From a virus (taxonomy: Duplodnaviria; Caudoviricetes): 64,000 bases of DNA. The DNA is taken from IMG/VR virus record IMGVR_UViG_3300025671_008697. The stretch is one strand, 5' to 3'. How positions within the stretch are numbered: position 1 is the first letter of the stretch; the number at the start of each line of letters is the position of its first letter. The position numbers and the translations under genes were made by a program. The notes under the pieces are model-generated. The model saw nothing but the letters and a program-made list of their open reading frames with translations. It did no database searches and was not told the DNA's origin. Positions 57,629 to 64,000 of the stretch are shown piece by piece.

Positions 57629-58945
57629 ATGGATCAGCCCTGGCAAGTCATTAGTGCGTTAGAAGAGCATAACCTGCGTACCAACAAAGAGCAAATCATT
57701 GAAGCGCAGGCCCAAGCAAATAATTTGGAGTTTTTTGAAGGTTGCAGGCTTGCCTTGGACTCAATGATTACTTTTGGATTAAAACAGATTCCAGAAAAAA
57801 CAGATCAGGATGGTCCTGGTCTGCCTTGGGAGGCCTTTACACTGGCTATCACAGGTTTTGTAAATCGGGAAGTTACAGGCAATATGGCACGAGACATGGT
57901 TAACCAAATGATGTCTCGTGCTGGGAAAGAAGAGTGGAACCGTTGGTATCGTAGGATACTGATCAAGGACTTACGCTGTGGCGTAAGCGAAAAAACTATT
58001 AACAAGATTGGAAAGAAATATGGCTCAAATTATATTATCCCTGTTTTTGATTGTCAACTTGCTCATGATAGTGCTAATCACGAGTCCAAGGTACAAGGAA
58101 CTAAGAGGATCGAAGTTAAATTGGACGGCGTTAGAGTTCTTACTGTTGTTTATCCATCTGGTAGGGTGGATCAGTTTAGCCGTAATGGTAAGGAGTTAGC
58201 CAACTTCGAACACATCAAAGCAGAGTTGGCAGTAAACGCCGCCACGTTTTCAGAGCCAATGGTGCTGGATGGCGAAGTAATGAGTTCAAGTTTTCAAGAC
58301 TTGATGCGGCAAGTGCATCGCAAGGAAAATGTCAAGGCCAATGACGCCGTGCTTTATCTTTTTGATGCACTGCCACTCAGTGATTTTGAACAGGGCCGTT
58401 GCGCTGTCACACAGAAAGACCGCAGTGCATGGCTGAACGATTGGTATGACAACAAATTGAATAAAAGCATGAGTCATGTACAATGTTTGGACCATGCGGT
58501 GGTAGACTTAAATACTGACGAAGGGCAACAGCTCTTCTCAATGTACAACAAGTCAGCAATCGAAAATGGCTACGAAGGTATCATGATTAAGGACTTGGAT
58601 GCGGCTTATGAATGTAAACGCAGTCATGCTTGGCTCAAGATGAAACCTTTCATCGAAGTCAGTTTGGAGGTTCGAGAAATTGAAGAAGGTACTGGTCGAA
58701 ATCAAGGGCGCCTTGGAGCGTTTGTCTGCGAAGGAGTCGACGACGGCAGACATATTCGTGTTAATGTGGGCAGTGGCTTCACTGATAGCAATCGTGATGA
58801 TTTTTGGAGTCAGCGCAGTGACATTATCGGCAGTATTGTAGAAGTACGTGCAGATGCAGTCACACAGAATCAAGATGGTTCTTACAGTCTGCGCTTTCCC
58901 CGTTTTAAAACTTTTCGTGGCTTTCAACAAGGAGAAAAACTATGA
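57629..58945 (+). CDS. lig: ATP-dependent DNA ligase
   Basis: KLDGVR (motif I), LDGEV, YEGIMIK, WLKMK, SLRFPRF. Confidence 0.95.
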   Translation: MDQPWQVISALEEHNLRTNKEQIIEAQAQANNLEFFEGCRLALDSMITFGLKQIPEKTDQDGPGLPWEAFTLAITGFVNREVTGNMARDMVNQMMSRAGKEEWNRWYRRILIKDLRCGVSEKTINKIGKKYGSNYIIPVFDCQLAHDSANHESKVQGTKRIEVKLDGVRVLTVVYPSGRVDQFSRNGKELANFEHIKAELAVNAATFSEPMVLDGEVMSSSFQDLMRQVHRKENVKANDAVLYLFDALPLSDFEQGRCAVTQKDRSAWLNDWYDNKLNKSMSHVQCLDHAVVDLNTDEGQQLFSMYNKSAIENGYEGIMIKDLDAAYECKRSHAWLKMKPFIEVSLEVREIEEGTGRNQGRLGAFVCEGVDDGRHIRVNVGSGFTDSNRDDFWSQRSDIIGSIVEVRADAVTQNQDGSYSLRFPRFKTFRGFQQGEKL

Positions 58946-59000
58946 TTGCAGCTATTTGGCTTGTGGCAATGGTAATTTATTGGACATAAAGGAAACTAAA

Positions 59001-59465
59001 ATGAAAAAATTAACGGCTTTATTATTAACAGTGACTCTGCCACTTGTGGCTTTTGGTTATGCGGAATGCGACCCAGATGCCAACATAACCACTATCAATG
59101 GTGTGGGCTTGCCAGGTCGGATGGCTACCTTGACCAACGAACATGTCATGTTTGATGGTATTATTGACGGTGGAAAAAGAATGACCATTACTCGTGCAGT
59201 TCGTAAGGCAGGTACGAGGGTTGGCATTCACATTCACAAGTGGGGTGGCACTACCTGTGTTATCGAAGGTGCAATGACTGACTTTGTGGAAGGTCAGGCT
59301 CCCGCATATTATCCAGCTGGTACTTGCTACTACATGCCACCAAATACTTATATGGCTACCAGCAATATGGGCAGTGTAGATGCAGTGATCCAAGATCAAT
59401 TTATTGTGCCAGATGGACAGCCTTCAATCACTATCGTGGAGCCAGGATACCCTGCCTGCAAATAA
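59001..59465 (+). CDS. secreted cupin-domain protein
   Basis: Signal peptide; GIHIHKWGGTTCVIEG...AGTCYYMP; start after AAGGA. Confidence 0.7.
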   Translation: MKKLTALLLTVTLPLVAFGYAECDPDANITTINGVGLPGRMATLTNEHVMFDGIIDGGKRMTITRAVRKAGTRVGIHIHKWGGTTCVIEGAMTDFVEGQAPAYYPAGTCYYMPPNTYMATSNMGSVDAVIQDQFIVPDGQPSITIVEPGYPACK

Positions 59466-60017
59466 ATGAAAGATATTTGGGTAATCAGCGACACGCATTT
59501 TCATCATGCCAACATCTTACGGTTCAAAGATGCGGAAGGCAACCTTATCCGCGGCAGTCGTTTTTCGACTGTGGAAGAAATGGATGAGTGCATGTTGGAA
59601 AACTGGAACAGTGTAGTAAAGCCTGGGGATAAAGTTTACCACTTGGGTGATGTGCAAATGGGCACACACGAACAGTTTCGAAAGTTTTGGCCCAGACTAA
59701 ATGGTAAGAAAAATCTTATCGTTGGTAATCACGATGACATCAAGTACTTGGCACAAAATGGTTTTTTTGCTAAAATATATATGTGGCGTATGTTTCCCGA
59801 GTTTGGTTTACTGTTAAGTCATGTGCCCATACACGAAACCAGTGCTCGTAGATATCCGCCCAAAGACTATCCTGAAAGTGTAAAAGAAGTAGTTCAATTG
59901 TTAAACGTACATGGACATATTCACCAGAATGCCAGTCCCACACCACACCATCGTTGTGTCTGCGTTGAGCATATTGATTACACACCCATTAACATTGAAG
60001 AACTGAGAATACGATGA
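59466..60017 (+). CDS. calcineurin-like metallophosphoesterase
   Basis: SDTHF, HLGD, GNHD, LSHVP, HGHIH. Confidence 0.92.
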   Translation: MKDIWVISDTHFHHANILRFKDAEGNLIRGSRFSTVEEMDECMLENWNSVVKPGDKVYHLGDVQMGTHEQFRKFWPRLNGKKNLIVGNHDDIKYLAQNGFFAKIYMWRMFPEFGLLLSHVPIHETSARRYPPKDYPESVKEVVQLLNVHGHIHQNASPTPHHRCVCVEHIDYTPINIEELRIR

Positions 60018-60268
60018 ACGAACGAATTCGAGAACTTGCCAAACAAGCTGGTTATCAGGAAGATATGTTTGGTGTAGGACACTGGGATATACCTGAATGT
60101 AAAAAGTTCGCCGAGTTGATTGTTCGGGAATGTGTTCAGACATTGCTTGATAATTCACCTGAACTGTTTACCAACGAAGCGGCCGAAGAAGATTGGGACA
60201 AAGGATATGATCGAGCAATGCGAGATTGTGTACATCATATCAAAGAACATTTCGGAGTTGAAGAATGA
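60014..60268 (+). CDS. small hypothetical phage protein
   Basis: MNERIRELAKQAG...KFAELIVREC...IKEHFGVE. Confidence 0.7.
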   Translation: MNERIRELAKQAGYQEDMFGVGHWDIPECKKFAELIVRECVQTLLDNSPELFTNEAAEEDWDKGYDRAMRDCVHHIKEHFGVEE

Positions 60269-60462
60269 TGGAACAGTACGAACGTAAAGCAAGATTTACA
60301 GAACTCAAACCCTATGACATCCTCGCCAAAGAGCATGACTTTATGGAAGTATGTGAGTGGAATAATGGTGAGGGTTTTGATGTTACAAAAAACGAACAGC
60401 AGTTCTCACTTACTTGGGGACAATGGGAATGTTTGCAAGCACTGGTTGCTTTTAAAGGTTGA
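60265..60462 (+). CDS. small hypothetical protein
   Basis: ATGA-coupled. Confidence 0.6.
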   Translation: MMEQYERKARFTELKPYDILAKEHDFMEVCEWNNGEGFDVTKNEQQFSLTWGQWECLQALVAFKG

Positions 60463-60557
60463 AGGATGAATGAACTATCTCTTTTAGTCACTGGTCTGTC
60501 GTCATTTGGAATTGGTTTATCAGTGGGTTTTGTACTGGGTTACTTTGGAGTTAAAGA

Positions 60558-60728
60558 ATGACTAAATGGATTGATCCACCAAGTGGATGGAAATATGGAT
60601 TTCCTAAGCCTATTCCCGAAGATGTAGTTAACTTCGAAGATTGGCTCGTGTCTGAGGGGTATCCTCGTGCTGAAATAGAAAAGATGGGTGATTACTTCTT
60701 TTGTAGTCAATGGGAAACTGAAGAATGA
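60558..60728 (+). CDS. small hypothetical protein (56 aa)
   Basis: Not in track; MTKWIDPPSGWKYGFPKPIP... Confidence 0.7.
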   Translation: MTKWIDPPSGWKYGFPKPIPEDVVNFEDWLVSEGYPRAEIEKMGDYFFCSQWETEE

Positions 60729-60991
60729 AACGACTCTGTAAAGACTGTAGACACGCCAAAGCCAAATTTCTTGATAAACTTTGGCAGGGCAGTTTTGCCT
60801 ACAAGTGTCAGTTACCAACCAATTATGTAGAAGGCCATCAGAATCCTGTGACTGGTCAAACCACTAAAGGCTACTATCAAACCTGTGCTGTGGCTAGAGT
60901 AGACCATAACATCTGTGGCAGTCGCGGCGCAAATTGGTTACCCCGTGACACTCACCGGCATCTTTTTACAATGATATCTGATGAAACTTAA
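60725..60991 (+). CDS. small Cys-rich protein
   Basis: CKDCRHA...C...C...CG. Confidence 0.6.
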   Translation: MKRLCKDCRHAKAKFLDKLWQGSFAYKCQLPTNYVEGHQNPVTGQTTKGYYQTCAVARVDHNICGSRGANWLPRDTHRHLFTMISDET

Positions 60992-61790
60992 AATCGGCAT
61001 TATAGGATATGGATATGTAGGCCGCGCAGTTGCCGCAAGTTATCCCAATGCAGAAATTTTGGTTTATGATCCTAGATACACCAACGACCCACTGTTCGCA
61101 CCATTTGGCACTATTCACAGTGTCTGCGATGCTGTGTTTGTCTGTGTGCCCACGCCACAGTCTGACACCGGTGAGTGTGACACCAGTATTTTAAATCAAA
61201 CTTTGATCAATCTCAAAGGCAGCGCCGCAGTTGTAATCTGTAAAAGCACTGCACCGCCTGACTTTTATACTGCTTGGGAAAACACAGACAGCATGCGACT
61301 AGCACACGTGCCTGAATTCCTAACACAGGCCCGTGCCAGTCTGGACTATGTAAATCCACACAAAATACTAGTGGGCTGTCGGGAAACTCTACAGTCCACT
61401 GTGGCCGACATACTCATGGCCAGTATGATTAACTTTGAACGTGTACGTATCGAATACTGCTCAATTGCTGAAGCCAGTTTCTTTAAGTATATGGCTAACA
61501 GTATGTTGGCAATGAAAGTTATCATCAACAATGAGTTGGCTGACTTGGCTGAACGCATGGGCATCAGTTGGGAGGCTGTGAGTGCGATTGCTAAAACTGA
61601 CAGTAGACTGGGTAGCAGTCATTGGCGTGTGCCTGGAGACAATGGTGAACTGGGCTATGGTGGTGCCTGCTTTCCCAAAGACACAGCAGCCTTAAAAAAT
61701 CTTGCAGATCAAAACGGCGCAGAACTCAGTGTACTTGAGGCCGCAATGATTAAAAATCACAAATTAAGGACTAAAAATGGATCGCGATGA
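60981..61790 (+). CDS. UDP-glucose/GDP-mannose dehydrogenase-like, C-terminally truncated
   Basis: IIGYGYVG, FVCVPTP, KST, PEFL, GYGGACFPKD; ends before the UDP-binding domain. Confidence 0.85.
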   Translation: MKLKIGIIGYGYVGRAVAASYPNAEILVYDPRYTNDPLFAPFGTIHSVCDAVFVCVPTPQSDTGECDTSILNQTLINLKGSAAVVICKSTAPPDFYTAWENTDSMRLAHVPEFLTQARASLDYVNPHKILVGCRETLQSTVADILMASMINFERVRIEYCSIAEASFFKYMANSMLAMKVIINNELADLAERMGISWEAVSAIAKTDSRLGSSHWRVPGDNGELGYGGACFPKDTAALKNLADQNGAELSVLEAAMIKNHKLRTKNGSR

Positions 61791-62022
61791 ACTAAAACAG
61801 ATGTTGCAGGAAAATCAGTGCGAAGTCACATTTACCAAAGTAGATGGAAGTGTGCGAGTCATGCCCTGTACACTGAAATCTGACTTACTGCCTGTAATCG
61901 AAACTAAAACTGAAAAAGCCGCTAAAAAAGAAAACTTAGACACGCTCAGTGTGTGGTGTTTGGATAAGAAAGAATGGCGCAGTTTTAGAGTGGCCAATGT
62001 TCAAACGGTTCGGACAATTTAA
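61777..62022 (+). CDS. WYL_2/SH3-like small phage protein
   Basis: VTFTKVDGSVRVMPCTL...VWCLDKKEWRSFR. Confidence 0.75.
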   Translation: MDRDELKQMLQENQCEVTFTKVDGSVRVMPCTLKSDLLPVIETKTEKAAKKENLDTLSVWCLDKKEWRSFRVANVQTVRTI

Positions 62023-62116
62023 TTCTGCCAGAACTGTTGACTTTAGTTCACACACACTATACAATAACAAAATCTGCTCCAAGAGTAGTGTATTTTTAAC
62101 AGAAGGAACTTTTATT

Positions 62117-62383
62117 ATGATGTTTTCTACCGAAACTAAAACTGGTAAACTATTGGCTGCATTGAAAAGCGGCGAGCAATTGACCGAAGCACAGATCCGT
62201 GCTCGTTTCGGTCTTAAGAACCCACGTGCATCTGTCAGCGACTTGCGTTACAGTGGTTTTGCTGTCTATGCAAACCGTCACGTTGATACCAAAGGTCGTG
62301 AGACCACCAAGTATCGCTTGGGTCAACCCAGCCGTGCAGTTATTGCCGCTGGTATGCGTGCCTTGGGTGGCATGGCTGCTTAA
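62117..62383 (+). CDS. winged helix-turn-helix DNA-binding protein
   Basis: KLLAALKSGEQLTEAQIRARFGLKNPRASVSDLR..G..V...KYRLG. Confidence 0.7.
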   Translation: MMFSTETKTGKLLAALKSGEQLTEAQIRARFGLKNPRASVSDLRYSGFAVYANRHVDTKGRETTKYRLGQPSRAVIAAGMRALGGMAA

Positions 62384-62403
62384 TTAACTGAGCAGTAAAT
62401 ACA

Positions 62404-62425
62404 AAGGCACTTAGGTGCCTTTTTT
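62404..62425 (+). terminator. intrinsic terminator
   Basis: aaggcac-ttag-gtgcctttttt. Confidence 0.85.
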
Positions 62426-62428
62426 CGT

Positions 62429-62503
62429 CTGGCGTTAGTTCAACGGATAGAACAAGGGTCTTCTAAACCCTAAATAGAGGTTCGATTCCTCTACGCCGGA
62501 CCA
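62429..62503 (+). tRNA. tRNA-Arg(UCU)
   Basis: Cloverleaf CTGGCGT/ACGCCGG, D arm GTTC/GAAC, anticodon arm AGGGT-CTTCTAA-ACCCT, T arm AGAGG-TTCGATT-CCTCT, encoded CCA. Confidence 0.95.
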
Positions 62504-62655
62504 AGAATTTTTTTGGCAGATTTATAGTCTGTTAAATACTGCATATACCAGTGTAAATACTGAGTTGACTTTGGTCCACATTGGTATTATATTGTATATT
62601 ATCAATTGCCATTGATTGGCAAACTAAAAAACGTTTTTTATATAAGGAAAATTTA

Positions 62656-63477
62656 ATGAAAAAAACTCTATTGGCTTTGGCCGCTGTCACCGCAATGGGC
62701 GTGGCCAGCGCACAAGTAACAGTAAGCGGTAGCGTTGCAGTTGCAGTTCAAAACACTGTAGCCGCAAGTGCTGGAAAATTCGATCTATCTGATGCAGACA
62801 TCAACTTTTCTGTTAAAGAAGATCTTGGTGGTGGCATGTCAGTAACTGCTGGTACCAGCATTAGCAACGAAGCAATGCGTGGTAACGGTGTTACTGTTAA
62901 TAATACTGCTATGTCACTTGACGGTGGCTTTGGTTCATTGGCATACAAAAATGTACTAAGTGGTAAGGCAAAAATGAGCGCAGGTGTTAGCGTCGAAGAT
63001 GACATGAGCGACTTAATGGGCGGATACAGCACCGTAAACGTATTCAGTTACACACTACCTGCTATTGCTGGTGTACGTGTTGGCGTTGAATACGCTGGCG
63101 ATGATGCCACTGCACTTGAACTAAAAGGCACACCAAATGTATTTGGTACTGCTCAATTGGGTGACGTAACCGTTTATGCTGAAAACGGCGGCGCTGACAA
63201 AGTATGGGATGTTCGTGTTGGAATGGCAGCAGGTCCTGCTACAGTTGGTCTACGTACTACCAAAGAGAAGTTCAGTGAAGTTGCTGTCACAGTACCAGCA
63301 GGTGCTATGACTTTTGGTGTACACTATGCAACAAAAGACAACGGCGACAAAGCAACTGGTGTAAATGCTACATACGCAATGAGCAAGCAGACCAGTGTAC
63401 AAGTTGGTTATGTAACCGGTAAAGGCAATGGCTTTGACGGTAACAACTACCGTGTACAGTTGAAAAAAGCATTCTAA
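62656..63477 (+). CDS. outer-membrane porin (Gram-negative porin family)
   Basis: MKKTLLALAAVTAMGVASAQVTVSG, EDLGGGM, YAMSKQTSV, terminal F. Confidence 0.85.
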   Translation: MKKTLLALAAVTAMGVASAQVTVSGSVAVAVQNTVAASAGKFDLSDADINFSVKEDLGGGMSVTAGTSISNEAMRGNGVTVNNTAMSLDGGFGSLAYKNVLSGKAKMSAGVSVEDDMSDLMGGYSTVNVFSYTLPAIAGVRVGVEYAGDDATALELKGTPNVFGTAQLGDVTVYAENGGADKVWDVRVGMAAGPATVGLRTTKEKFSEVAVTVPAGAMTFGVHYATKDNGDKATGVNATYAMSKQTSVQVGYVTGKGNGFDGNNYRVQLKKAF

Positions 63478-63496
63478 ACAATGTTTAGAGTATAAG

Positions 63497-63518
63497 AACC
63501 CACTTCGGTGGGTTTTTT
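63497..63518 (+). terminator. intrinsic terminator
   Basis: aacccac-ttcg-gtgggtttttt. Confidence 0.9.
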
Positions 63519-63554
63519 ATTGACTATATAACATAAACCTGTTACATTACTGCT

Positions 63555-63899
63555 ATGAAACCAGACGACATTATTACCATTACTGCCGACACAATTGACT
63601 TAGATAGTTTTACGATTGACTACGATGCTCTTAAAGGAAGTTACAACGGCATCTCTATCACAGACTTTGGAGATTCTGCGCCCAAAGGAATAAAACTCAA
63701 AGAAGGTGAAGACATCACCATTGGTGACCGTAGTCTACTAAAAACATTAGACGCTATTGCAGAACGTTTAGCCATACTGGAAACAAACACCAACTTGGAG
63801 GCTGAGTTTGAAGAATTACACAGACTAGGCAATCAATATCGAAAAATGGAAGCAGAACTAAAGGATAAAATTGCAACCTGGAATATTTTGAAAAAATGA
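63555..63899 (+). CDS. hypothetical phage protein with C-terminal coiled coil
   Basis: DITIGDRSL...IAERLAIL...LEAEFEEL. Confidence 0.6.
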   Translation: MKPDDIITITADTIDLDSFTIDYDALKGSYNGISITDFGDSAPKGIKLKEGEDITIGDRSLLKTLDAIAERLAILETNTNLEAEFEELHRLGNQYRKMEAELKDKIATWNILKK

Positions 63900-64000
63900 T
63901 TTATCTCGGGGAAGTTTTAGAAATCTATATAACAAACGAATGCAATTTAACATGTAGTAATTGTAATAGATTTAATAACTATGATTTCAGAGGACATTAT

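Overview
This window looks like 64 kb of a large lytic tailed-phage genome: dense, mostly + strand, no core bacterial housekeeping operons, T4-like TATAAATA/TAAATA late-promoter motifs, and sigma70-like TTGACA/TTGCTC-N17/18-TATAAT early promoters. The host is probably a Proteobacterium, likely a betaproteobacterium, judged from the IscA, porin, phasin and tmRNA-tag sequences (inference). It holds nucleotide and replication genes (nrdA, nrdB, glutaredoxin, PD-(D/E)XK exonuclease, ATP-dependent ligase, a PHP-less DnaE-type polymerase, UvdE) and a few virion genes (PAAR, Mtd_N-like). There is also a large set of host-like auxiliary genes: iscU/iscA, bS21, Hsp20, ClpS, a PiT-like transporter, lipase, delta-9 desaturase, a sugar-modification cluster, YhhQ, phasin, rubrerythrin, porin and tRNA-Arg. 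The most notable observations are: (1) a circularly permuted two-piece tmRNA gene whose acceptor piece overlaps the end of a protein-coding gene; (2) a palindrome-plus-promoter repeat found 8 times, including a tandem array of three ~75-bp copies each driving a tiny ORF; (3) a ParB-like/GIY-YIG-like/putative REase/MTase cassette; (4) a shared structured 5' leader on hsp20 and phasin. All protein calls come from motif recognition by eye, with no database searches.
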